Assembly: GCA_965207065.1 (NCBI GenBank) | Contig: OZ242260.1 | Location: forward strand, 3,200,001-3,264,000 | DNA length: 64,000 nucleotides | Direction of reading: 5' to 3' | Source: a bacterium | GTDB lineage: Bacteria; UBA8248 | In this document: piece by piece, positions 1 to 8,145 of the stretch | Layout of the letters: each line of letters starts with the position of its first letter | Numbering within the stretch: position 1 is the stretch's first letter | Position numbers and translations under genes: made by a program | The notes under the pieces: generated by a model | The model's database searches: none | Seen by the model: the letters and a program-made list of their open reading frames with translations, nothing else | What the model was told of the DNA's origin: nothing

Positions 1-1300
1 CGTCCGGCTGGGCCTGGGTTCCCTGGACTTGCAGGTATGCGTCGGCGCTGAAGAACTCGGTATAGGGCTGGCCATTCTCTACAGCAAATTCCCACAGGTC
101 GAGTTTTCCTCCTTTGGCAGCGGTTCCGCCCACGTAATTGGAGGTGCCGGGACCCAGCTTGTCGATTATCAATATTACTCTTGTCTTGCTGCTGTCAGTC
201 CCCGAAGGGTAGGCATAGCCGTACCTTTTGAAATACACGTTCTGGGTGTTAGCCCAAGCAAGCACGGCAATTCTGGCGACAACGACCTCTCGAACCTGGA
301 AATTCGGCGCCGTGTTGGGAGTGTCGCCGAGTTGGCCCATATCGTTCGACCACAAGCCGAAGCCGTTCATGTTGACCACGCTGCCCCACGTGTATCCCCC
401 AAAGCCTGGTGGTACGCTGATCGAAATCGACTTGGTGGATGGCAGAGGGGGCAAGTCGGGGTTCGCCCAGCCCCGCCGGCCCAGCCCCCAGCTCGTCGAG
501 ATGATGTTCGCACTGGTGGAACCGGACAGCTTCCCGCCCGCCTTGGTGCAGATCGCGCCGGCCGCCGCGCAGTCCGCCGTCGCCGGCAGGCTTATCGCGA
601 GGGGATTGAGCGAGGACGGGCGCACCCGCACCGTCACGCTGCCGTTCTCGCCCCGCACCGTGCGCTTCACGTCCACCACCCGGCCGCCCGTCACCTGGAG
701 CGCCTGCTTGAGCGCCCCCAGCTTCAGGCCGTCGAAATCCTCGCTGAACCGTATCTCGAAGCTCAGCAGCGTGCCGTCGTGCTTGTCCGGCAACCCGTGG
801 AACGATGCCGTCAGCGGCGTCGGCGCGGAAACCGGCTGCGGCTCCGGCGCCGATACCGGCTCCGGCTCCGGCTCGGGAACAGGCGGCGTGACGGGCTCCG
901 GCAGGGAGGCCGTGGCAGGCCCCGCAACCGTCAGCGAGCCGCCCCCGGCGATGCCGTCGGCCAGCGTGATCGTCAGGTCCCCGGACGAGGAGGGCCGCAC
1001 CCTGACCGTCACGCCGCCGTTCTCGCCCCGCACCGTGCGCTTCACGTCCACCAACCGCCCGCCCGTCACCTGGAGCGCCCGCTTGAGCGCCCCCAGCCGC
1101 AGGCCGTCGAAGTCCTCGCTGAAGCGTATCTCGAAGACGAACAGCTTCTTGCCGTTATGCGCCTCCGGCGCCCCGTGGAACGACGCCGTCAGCGCGGCGG
1201 CCACCCCCGGCAGGGCCGCTACCGAGAGGGCGAGAACCAGAAATGCCGCCGCGCAGACGCCCGGCGGAGACAAAAAGGCATAGTTTTTTCTATTCTTCAT
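1..1300 (-). CDS. Secreted modular surface protein (runs off the left edge): signal peptide, two tandem ~70-95 aa repeat domains, Pro/Glu linker, unrelated downstream region
   Basis: Hand translation from ATG at 1300 (GGAGG RBS upstream): MKNRKNYAFLSPPGVCAAAFLVLALSVAALPGVAAA-LTASFHGAPEAHNGKKLFVFEIRFSEDF...PEPEPEPVSAPEPQP...LTASFHGLPDKHDGTLLSFEIRFSEDF...; no stop codon to position 1. Not in the ORF track, probably because it has no stop inside the window. Confidence 0.85.
   Translation of the reverse strand, partial: MKNRKNYAFLSPPGVCAAAFLVLALSVAALPGVAAALTASFHGAPEAHNGKKLFVFEIRFSEDFDGLRLGALKRALQVTGGRLVDVKRTVRGENGGVTVRVRPSSSGDLTITLADGIAGGGSLTVAGPATASLPEPVTPPVPEPEPEPVSAPEPQPVSAPTPLTASFHGLPDKHDGTLLSFEIRFSEDFDGLKLGALKQALQVTGGRVVDVKRTVRGENGSVTVRVRPSSLNPLAISLPATADCAAAGAICTKAGGKLSGSTSANIISTSWGLGRRGWANPDLPPLPSTKSISISVPPGFGGYTWGSVVNMNGFGLWSNDMGQLGDTPNTAPNFQVREVVVARIAVLAWANTQNVYFKRYGYAYPSGTDSSKTRVILIIDKLGPGTSNYVGGTAAKGGKLDLWEFAVENGQPYTEFFSADAYLQVQGTQAQPD
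611..1194. repeat. Intragenic direct repeat, ~206 bp x2 (611-816 and 986-1194)
   Basis: Near-identical blocks (e.g. ccgttctcgccccgcaccgtgcgcttcacgtccacc) encoding the duplicated domain. Confidence 0.9.
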
Positions 1301-1546
1301 GTGCGCTTCCTCCCTTGCGCTTGCACGAGTTCCACGGCGGACTTCGCCGGCTTGCTGATATGCGTATGGACCCAGCATCGCCCCTCGGACGGGTGACGAT
1401 GGTGATCGATTCCGGGGGGGTATTCCCCCGTCAAGAACCGGCCCTTATTGGATTTATTTTCGGGTTTTTTTGGGTTTAGATGTGGTTCTGCGAGTCTGTC
1501 TTCTGGTTTTTGGGGGTCTAGACGCGGTTCAGAGAGACGGTTCCGC

Positions 1547-1674
1547 CTGTGGGTCTGTGGGTCTGTGGGTCTGTGGGTCTGTGGGTCTGTGGGTCTGTGG
1601 GTCTGTGGGTCTGTGGGTCTGTGGGTCTGTGGGTCTGTGGGTCTGTGGGTCTGTGGGTCTGTGGGTCTGTGGGT
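1547..1674. repeat. Perfect tandem repeat (CTGTGGGT)x16
   Basis: 128 bp of an exact 8-mer, counted directly. Confidence 0.98.
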
Positions 1675-1981
1675 GAGGCCTCAGTCTAGCAGGACGCGCT
1701 CGGCCCGCCAAAGTGGCGAAGGGACGCGCGGCGGCGATGCTCTCTGTCCGGCCTCCCCGGACTAGCGGGGCGCCGGTGGCTAGGGTTTCCAGGTTCGGTT
1801 TCAATTTCGCGTTCCGCTTTCCATGACTTCGAGTACGATAAACACAGGTATATGAAGCCGCATATACACAATATATTACCTATATATATTACATCAAACA
1901 AATAACGGAATTCAACCACGAAATGTGGCGGGTTTTCGGGGCGAGGGGGGAGGCGTCGCCTTTGCCCCCGGCGAGGGGGGT

Positions 1982-2093
1982 GTAGCGGACAGGCCTCTGC
2001 GCCTGCCCGAGGCCTCCGTGCCTGTCCCTACATGAGACGGTGCGGTTTTGTTCGTCATTCCGGTGTCGGGAGCGCCCCTTCGGCAGGCTCAGG
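1982..2093. repeat. GTAG-type REP palindrome joined to a partial CGTC-type repeat
   Basis: gtagcggacaggcctctgcgcctg...cctgtccctac followed by cgtcattccgg; the same motifs recur near 6.6, 10.4 and 23.9 kb. Confidence 0.7.
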
Positions 2094-2303
2094 AATGCAG
2101 TTCCTCCTTTCTCAGTCGGAACTGACCCTCGATGCGCGGCTTCGCCGCCACCGGTTGCGACCGGCATCCGGCCGCGGCGGAACCTTTACGGAATCTTTAC
2201 CCCCCTCCGGCGCAATCGCTGGTAGCATCCCCGCACTGTCGAAATCTTCCACGGGGTGCGGACTTCACCGGGCGGGCGGCGGCGTTCCGTCGAGAGAGGG
2301 GTG

Positions 2304-2687
2304 ATGGAGCGATACTCGGATGAAAAGGTCCGCCGAGTGGTGGCCGGCATCATACCGACCCTGGATTCGAAACACACGACCGAAGCCTTCTTCCAGGCGG
2401 CGGCGATGATGGTGTTGAAACGGCTCGAGAAGAAGATCGGCATCGTCGTCCTGGACACGTCCACGCTTTCGATGACGCGGCAGTACGGCGCGCCGGACAT
2501 CATCCTCTGCCGGGCCGGGGGGGAGTATGTCGCCATCGACCTCAAGGCGGGGAAGAACGACCTTTCCACGCGTCAGCAGCGGTTCCGGGAGCGTGTGATC
2601 AGAGCCGGCGGCAAGTACTTCGTGTGCCGGACGCTCCGCAACGTGATTGACGCCGCGGTGAGCGGCGACCTGGACCCGGACGAGTAA
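2304..2687 (+). CDS. Standalone VRR-NUC-like PD-(D/E)XK nuclease
   Basis: 127 aa with E..FQ, G-A-P-D-I, I-D-L-K and LS..QQ.F...V..AGG.YFVCR pattern typical of VRR-NUC; purine-rich RBS gagagggg before ATG. Confidence 0.75.
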   Translation: MERYSDEKVRRVVAGIIPTLDSKHTTEAFFQAAAMMVLKRLEKKIGIVVLDTSTLSMTRQYGAPDIILCRAGGEYVAIDLKAGKNDLSTRQQRFRERVIRAGGKYFVCRTLRNVIDAAVSGDLDPDE

Positions 2688-2709
2688 TTCCCTTCTCGGG
2701 GGACGCCTC

Positions 2710-3121
2710 TTTCCCGGCGGAAACGATTGACGGTCGCGTTACACTTTCGTCCCGGCCGTGATGGCAGCACCCGAGCAGCGTTAGTTTGGTGTCTGTCCAA
2801 CCGTAACTGGTTTTTCCTGATGCTCTCTGCACCATCAATGTCGACACGATTTTCAGGCTCCTTCGGTGCGTGGACGGCATTCCGACATCGATTTTCATCA
2901 CGTAGAGGGCAACTACAATCCGGATCCGGTCGGCGCTATGACCTATTCCGTCACGGGATGAGCGAACGTGTACGACGATTGTAACAGTTCGGCGGAGGGG
3001 TGATAACTTAGTCGATGCCGGAGACATTCGTAGGAATTGCGCGGTGTAGCCAGCTTCAGCAGGTGCTTTCCTTTTCTTTATCACCCCACGACCGAACGAA
3101 TACACTTAACCCGACCGGAAA
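2710..3121 (+). ncRNA. Candidate unnamed structured RNA (long rod 2730-2982 plus hairpin 2987-3097)
   Basis: Nested complementary blocks found by hand, G-U bias on + strand, cUUCGg apical loop, no convincing ORF. Confidence 0.45.
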
Positions 3122-3289
3122 CTGCCTGCATGCGCTGGAGTTGAAATGAATCCGCTTTCGGTATGATTACAGACTGCGAAAGACGGGTTTTCGGTGAGAT
3201 TGAAAAATTAAATATAATTATATATATCAATAAGATACGAGTATTTCATGATTATTGAGAATGCTCTGGCGTCTCTAAAAGGAGCGCTT

Positions 3290-3414
3290 GTATCGAAGGG
3301 CGCTCTCGATGTGCCCCGTTTGACCCACCCTCCTCGGTCGGGTCAAACCCTCGATACGGCCCTTTACGCCTGCCCGGGATGAGGGGGAGTCCGTAGGGAC
3401 AGGTCGCGACCTGT
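3290..3414. repeat. Palindromic repeat cluster (gtatcga/tcgatac arms, gtttgaccc/gggtcaaac hairpin, GTAG REP)
   Basis: Nested inverted repeats plus gtagggacaggtcgcgacctgt. Confidence 0.6.
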
Positions 3415-3444
3415 GCTCATCCTCTCATCGACCGGGAAAAACCA

Positions 3445-3586
3445 CCGTCATTCCGGCGCATGCCGGAATCCAGAGTGGATGTGTGCGAATATGCGCGGTG
3501 CTTCATGCCCTCTCATCGGCAGGAATACGGCAGAAAAGAAATACAATGGCAAAACCACTGGATTCCGGCATGCGCCGGAATGACGG
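3445..3586. repeat. CGTC-type REP doublet (perfect 29-bp inverted pair)
   Basis: ccgtcattccggcgcatgccggaatccag (3445-3473) and its exact reverse complement (3558-3586). Confidence 0.9.
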
Positions 3587-3894
3587 GCGAAACACGCGCG
3601 CTGCAGGAACAACCCCTCCTCGGGGTAGTCCTGCCCCTCGTGGTTGTCCATTTTCAGTGTGGGCGCGGCCTGGGCAGGCAAAGGGGCCCGCCCCTGCGTC
3701 TTCATCCCGCTCATTGTTCCAGGCCCGGCCCTGAGCTAACCTGCCAGGGAACCATCCGCTTGAGGCCGGTCGAACCAAAGGCGGAATGCCGAAAGCATGT
3801 CAGAGTGCGCCCCGAAAGGAACGCATCTTAGGCTTGGCGCAATCTGCGTGCGGGGTAGCGGATCTCAAACCGAAAACAATCGGAGGAACGTACG

Positions 3895-4833
3895 ATGCTG
3901 AGCAGAAGGAACCGGTTTTCACTTCTTGCAGCAGTCGTGTCGTTCCTGATGATGTTGTCCGGTTGTGGAGGTGGCGGTCAGGGCGCCGGGTCCGTGATTC
4001 TGGAGACGAATGAAATTGAAGGCGTTTTGAGCGACTTGAGGAGCGATGCGAAATCTCCCGCGCTTGCTCGATTTGGTGCTGATCCTCCTCCTCCGGACGT
4101 CCCGACGTGTCAGGCGCTTCTATTGGGATGTGAAGGAGGCCTCGGGCCGGCTCACTACAGGGCGGTTGGCAAGTTTGACTTTTCCGGCTTTCGTTTCACG
4201 GAACGTCGCCGCGGCGTGTCTTTGGCGGAAAGGAGGCGAGTTTCAGGAGGAGGAGGCGATACGACCAGCTACCGTGCCTTGGCCGGCTGGATCGACCATA
4301 GTTTTTTCCTTGTCGAGACTCCCGGAATCGGGGTGTCTGAAGATAACCGGGTTTTCGCAAATTACTATGGCGCCTATTCGATAGGAAACGTAATAGATTC
4401 GAATCCGGATGTTTTGGCTGGCGCCGCCGCGACGTGGTCTGGGATTATGGTTGGTATCCGTATTGCCGAGCCGGACAGTTTCGTCAAAGGCGACGCCACA
4501 ATCACGGTTTCCAATCCGCGAAGAAATGCTGATCTGCTGGTCGATGTCGAGTTCAGCAATATGAAAGACGAACAAACGGGTGCGAATTTCGATGATGTTT
4601 CCTGGGAAGGTCTGGCGCTCAAAGACGGTTCGTTCGGAGTCGTTCCTGTCAGCGGCGACGAGGCGGATGCCAGCCGGCATCCTGCGAGGAGAGGGGTATC
4701 CGGCCGGTTCTATGGTCAAAACCATGAGGAAGTGGGCGGCTTGTTCGGTTTCACGACGGCTGTTGCTGAAAATGACGGGGGCATTGGAGATATTCATGAT
4801 GTTTCCGGCGCATTTGGAGCCAGGCGCGACTAG
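3895..4833 (+). CDS. Surface lipoprotein with TbpB/transferrin-binding-like C-terminal beta-barrel
   Basis: Lipobox LSG-C followed by GGGG; C-terminal G.FYG.NHEEVGG.F...GAFGA.R pattern; GGAGG RBS. Confidence 0.75.
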   Translation: MLSRRNRFSLLAAVVSFLMMLSGCGGGGQGAGSVILETNEIEGVLSDLRSDAKSPALARFGADPPPPDVPTCQALLLGCEGGLGPAHYRAVGKFDFSGFRFTERRRGVSLAERRRVSGGGGDTTSYRALAGWIDHSFFLVETPGIGVSEDNRVFANYYGAYSIGNVIDSNPDVLAGAAATWSGIMVGIRIAEPDSFVKGDATITVSNPRRNADLLVDVEFSNMKDEQTGANFDDVSWEGLALKDGSFGVVPVSGDEADASRHPARRGVSGRFYGQNHEEVGGLFGFTTAVAENDGGIGDIHDVSGAFGARRD

Positions 4834-4916
4834 TCCGGCCGCTGCGTGAAGGTGAAGGTATCTTGTTTTCCATTGCCGGAAATCATTCGGATTCATGGCG
4901 GCGAAGCCGCGTTTGC

Positions 4917-5080
4917 CGTAGGGGCAACCCCTCCTCGGAGCTGCTCCACTATTCGCGAAAGTGGGCCGCCTGCGAGTGGTCCCCACCAGGATCGCCGTTC
5001 TCTTGTTCATCGAACGAGATAGACCACCGTCATTCCGGCGCATACCGGAATGACGAACAAAACAGGACTCCCTCGTAGTG
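4917..5080. repeat. REP cluster (GTAG and CGTC types)
   Basis: gtaggggcaacccc..., cgtcattccggcgcataccggaatgacg (5028-5055). Confidence 0.7.
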
Positions 5081-5125
5081 GGCCGTTCTTGCTTGTGAGT
5101 GATCCTCATTCACGAACTCGCGGGC

Positions 5126-5173
5126 TTGACATCGGCATGATATTCCCTATATTTATTAATCTAATGGATATCA
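5126..5173 (+). promoter_or_regulatory. Sigma70-like promoter of the TA operon with an overlapping imperfect inverted repeat
   Basis: TTGACA-16-TATATT; TGATATTCC...GGATATCA palindrome. Confidence 0.55.
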
Positions 5174-5197
5174 CGCCTCGTCCTGGAGGATGTCCGC

Positions 5198-5872
5198 ATG
5201 ACTGAAGCGTTGTCCCTGATCGATCTGACGCCCGGCGAAATCGACCGGCTGCCCGCCAGTCTCCGGAGGAGGATCGGTGGTTCCTCGCGCTCGGAGGATT
5301 CCCCGCCCGGCGCCTGGCTCCTCGTGGGCGAACGCACAGAGGGGCGGGCGGAACTGCTAGAACGGGCGCTCGAAATGCTGCCAACACTTGCGGCTGAACG
5401 AGGATATCGGTTATCCGAGGCGAATATCGAGAAAATACTCGACGTCATTCTCTCGGACGCGCCCCGCCCCCGGATCGAGAATGAACTCGAAATCGACAAT
5501 GCCAGGCTGCGCTCCCGGTATATTCAGGAAACGCCCCTTCTGACCGGGGCCGAGGTTCGCGCCGCTTCGGGCTTGAAGCCGCGCAACAAGAGCGAGCCCG
5601 CTTCCCGCTGGAAAAGGGAGGGCAAGCTGTTCGCAGTGCGCCGCTCGGGGATTGACCACTATCCGGCCTTTCAGTTCGCAGACGGCTCGCCGCGGCCGGC
5701 CATCAAGGCGATTCTCGCCGCTTTGCCGAAGGACATGACCGGTTGGCAAATCGCCATGTGGTTCGCATCCGGTAACGGCTGGCTGGACGGCGCAGAACCG
5801 CAGGAACGTCTCTCCGATCCGGACGCCGTCGTCGAAGCGGCCTGCAGTCTGGCTGATCCGGCGGTCGGGTAG
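5198..5872 (+). CDS. Putative antitoxin of RES toxin (Xre/MbcA-like C-terminus)
   Basis: YPAFQF and WF..GNGWLDG..P motifs; directly upstream of the RES gene; GGAGG RBS. Confidence 0.7.
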   Translation: MTEALSLIDLTPGEIDRLPASLRRRIGGSSRSEDSPPGAWLLVGERTEGRAELLERALEMLPTLAAERGYRLSEANIEKILDVILSDAPRPRIENELEIDNARLRSRYIQETPLLTGAEVRAASGLKPRNKSEPASRWKREGKLFAVRRSGIDHYPAFQFADGSPRPAIKAILAALPKDMTGWQIAMWFASGNGWLDGAEPQERLSDPDAVVEAACSLADPAVG

Positions 5873-5886
5873 GGCATTTCTCCTGG

Positions 5887-6522
5887 ATGTCGATCCGAAT
5901 ACCCCCGTCTGCGCTCGCAGAGCCTACCCTCGTTTCACTCGAAGCCGGTGCGCTCGTGCACCGGGTGCACGACAGGAATTACGGCGCGGTCGACTTTAAC
6001 CCATGCAGGGGTTCTCCCACGCGCTTCGCTCCCGTCTACGATGCGGCGGGTGAGTGCGTTCCGTCTCTTTACGCGGCCGACACGCTGGAGGCGGCGATCC
6101 ATGAAACGATCTTCCACGATGTTCCCGTAACGGCAAAACGAAAGACCGTTCCCAGGACGCTCGCCCAAAGCCGAGCGCACGCCCGGCTGGAAATCCTGCG
6201 GGATTTGCGCCTCGCCTCCCTGCGCGGCCCCGACCTCAAAAGGTGGCGCATCGGACGCAGTTCGTTGATCGGCGCCTCACCCAAGCTCTATACCGAGACC
6301 GCCCGGTGGGCGAGCGCCATTCACCACCAGTTTCCCGAAGTCCATGGCCTGCTCTGGACCTCGAACCAGTGCGATCCGGACAGTGCATACCTGTTCTTCG
6401 GAGACCGCGTCGCGCCGGAGGATTTCCGAATCCTGAACGCGCGCGATGGATTGTTCGACACGACGTTTCTCTCGGACGTTCGCCAGGCGGGCCGAAGATG
6501 CGGAATCACCATCACGGTGTAG
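5887..6522 (+). CDS. RES-domain toxin (putative NAD+-consuming enzyme)
   Basis: HRVH..FNP..TRF, LYAA...AAIHET, GLLWTS: the R-E-S residues. Confidence 0.85.
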   Translation: MSIRIPPSALAEPTLVSLEAGALVHRVHDRNYGAVDFNPCRGSPTRFAPVYDAAGECVPSLYAADTLEAAIHETIFHDVPVTAKRKTVPRTLAQSRAHARLEILRDLRLASLRGPDLKRWRIGRSSLIGASPKLYTETARWASAIHHQFPEVHGLLWTSNQCDPDSAYLFFGDRVAPEDFRILNARDGLFDTTFLSDVRQAGRRCGITITV

Positions 6523-6581
6523 GTCGACTTTTTCTTTTCTTGTCGTTTGGCCTGCCGAGGAGAGAGGGTTATCGGTTCGCC

Positions 6582-6850
6582 GTAGCGGACAGGCCCCTGC
6601 GCCTGTCCGTGCTCCTGCGCCTGTCCGAGGCCTCCGCGCCTGTCCTGACGATGGGCAATCACGGGTATAGGCATATCCCATCTACGGACGGCCACGGGGG
6701 GCCGCCCCTACAATAGATTCGATGGTCACATGCGTAGGGGCGGACCGACGCGTCCGCCTTGCGTCGTTCGCTCGTCAACGTATTTGTAGGGGCTGGATGT
6801 TCAGCGTAGGGACAGGCCCCTGTGCCTGTCCGGGGTCGTGACCTGTCCAA
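6582..6850. repeat. Cluster of GTAG-type REP palindromes
   Basis: gtagcggacaggcccctgcgcctgtcc, ggccgcccctac, gtaggggcggac...gtccgcc, gtagggacaggcccctgtgcctgtcc. Confidence 0.8.
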
Positions 6851-6999
6851 GCCCGCTCCCCGTGCCGTCGCCGCAGACCCTGAAAGGAACAATAACTCTC
6901 AAAATTCCGCCTTCCCGCCCCGCCGGGCGTTGCTTCCCCGCGAAAATTCCCGTATCCCCTTGAACCAGAGCTTGATGAGGTTGGCGCAAAGCGGGGAGT

Positions 7000-8124
7000 A
7001 TGAACGTGTATATCCTGGGCGTGGAAACGAGTTGCGACGAGACGGCGGCGGCCGTTTTGGAGTTCGAGGCTGGTTCCACCCCCCGTGTCGCTTCCAACGT
7101 CGTGGCCTCGCAGCACGAGATCCACGAGAAATACGGCGGCGTGGTCCCCGAACTCGCGGCCCGCCGCCACGTGGAGATGATAGCGCCCGTCCTGGAGGCT
7201 GCCTTGGAAGAAGCCTCGGTTTCGGCGGAAAAAATCGACGCCGTGGCGGTCACGCGCGGCCCCGGCCTGGTGGTGGCCCTGCTCGTGGGCCTCTCCGCGG
7301 CGAAGGGACTGGCGTTTGGCCTGGGCGTTCCGCTCATCGATGTCCATCATCTCGACGGGCACGTTCACTCGCTGTTTCTGCCGGCGGAAGACGGGAGCGC
7401 AGCACCTCCCCCGTTCCCGCATCTGGGCTTCGTGGTATCGGGTGGGCACACGGATTTCTACCGCGTGGACGGGCATTCCGGGGTAACGCACCTGGGCGGC
7501 ACGCTGGATGACGCCTTGGGCGAGGCCTACGACAAGGTGGCGGCCATCATGGGGCTGGGCTATCCGGGCGGTCCCATCGTCGATCGCCTGCACGCGAAGT
7601 TTCTGGAGGCGAACGGGAGCGGCGCCGCTCCGGTCGAGTTCCCCCGGCCGCATCTGGCGGACAGGCCCTACGCCTTCAGCTTCAGCGGGTTGAAAACGGC
7701 TGTGTTAAACTACCAGAAAGAACGAGGGCTGTACCTGAGCGATAGGAACCTCCCCCCCTGGGCGCGTCCCCAGGAAGTCCCCGAAGAGGTGGCTTGCGCC
7801 GTGGCCGCGGGTTTTCAGGAGGCGGCGGTGGAGGTCCTGGTGGAGAAGGTGAGCAGGGTGGTTCGCCGGGAAAAGCTGCCCGCCGTCTCCGTGAGCGGGG
7901 GCGTGGCCGCGAACTCGTATCTTCGCAGGAAGCTGGGCGAGCGGGCGTCGCAAGAGGACTGGTCGCTCCATTTCCCCGCGCGCAAATACTGCACGGACAA
8001 CGCCGCCATGATCGCCTGCGCGGGCGGCTTCAGGCTCAGGGAACGCGGGCGCGAGGCATTCATGGATTTCACCGATCTGGATGCGGACCCTTCCTGGGAA
8101 CTGGGAGATGCGTCGGATGGATAG
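7000..8124 (+). CDS. tsaD: tRNA N6-adenosine threonylcarbamoyltransferase
   Basis: ILGVETSCDET, GGVVPELAARRH, HxxxH, SGGHT, FSFSGLKT, TDNAAMI. Confidence 0.97.
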   Translation: MNVYILGVETSCDETAAAVLEFEAGSTPRVASNVVASQHEIHEKYGGVVPELAARRHVEMIAPVLEAALEEASVSAEKIDAVAVTRGPGLVVALLVGLSAAKGLAFGLGVPLIDVHHLDGHVHSLFLPAEDGSAAPPPFPHLGFVVSGGHTDFYRVDGHSGVTHLGGTLDDALGEAYDKVAAIMGLGYPGGPIVDRLHAKFLEANGSGAAPVEFPRPHLADRPYAFSFSGLKTAVLNYQKERGLYLSDRNLPPWARPQEVPEEVACAVAAGFQEAAVEVLVEKVSRVVRREKLPAVSVSGGVAANSYLRRKLGERASQEDWSLHFPARKYCTDNAAMIACAGGFRLRERGREAFMDFTDLDADPSWELGDASDG

Positions 8125-8145
8125 CGTTTTAGAGAGGATGAACTG

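Noticed and set aside
1-1300. Diversity-generating retroelement target
   Set aside because: Differences between the repeats are not adenine-specific, and there is no reverse transcriptase in the window
29-1396. Long + strand ORFs (29-1396, 228-1283)
   Set aside because: Antisense shadows of the minus-strand secreted protein, which has the RBS, signal peptide and repeated domains
1547-1674. Possible CRISPR array
   Set aside because: Contiguous 8-mer with no spacers, and no cas genes; the REP clusters also lack regular repeat-spacer periodicity
1448-1804. ORFs with repeated VCGSVGLW / PTDPQTHR peptides
   Set aside because: Translations of the stop-free 8-mer array; no RBS or protein-like flanks
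2599-3105. 168-aa minus-strand ORF over the structured region
   Set aside because: No recognisable motif or RBS, and it overlaps the nuclease gene; not fully excluded
2710-3121. RNase P, tmRNA, 6S, group II intron, retron or attC identity for the folded region
   Set aside because: No GAGGAAAGUCC, no tRNA-like ends, no domain V, no adjacent reverse transcriptase or integrase, wrong attC core orientation
4834-4897. Minus-strand fragment MNPNDFRQWKTRY resembling the start of an HTH protein
   Set aside because: Too short to support a pseudogene call
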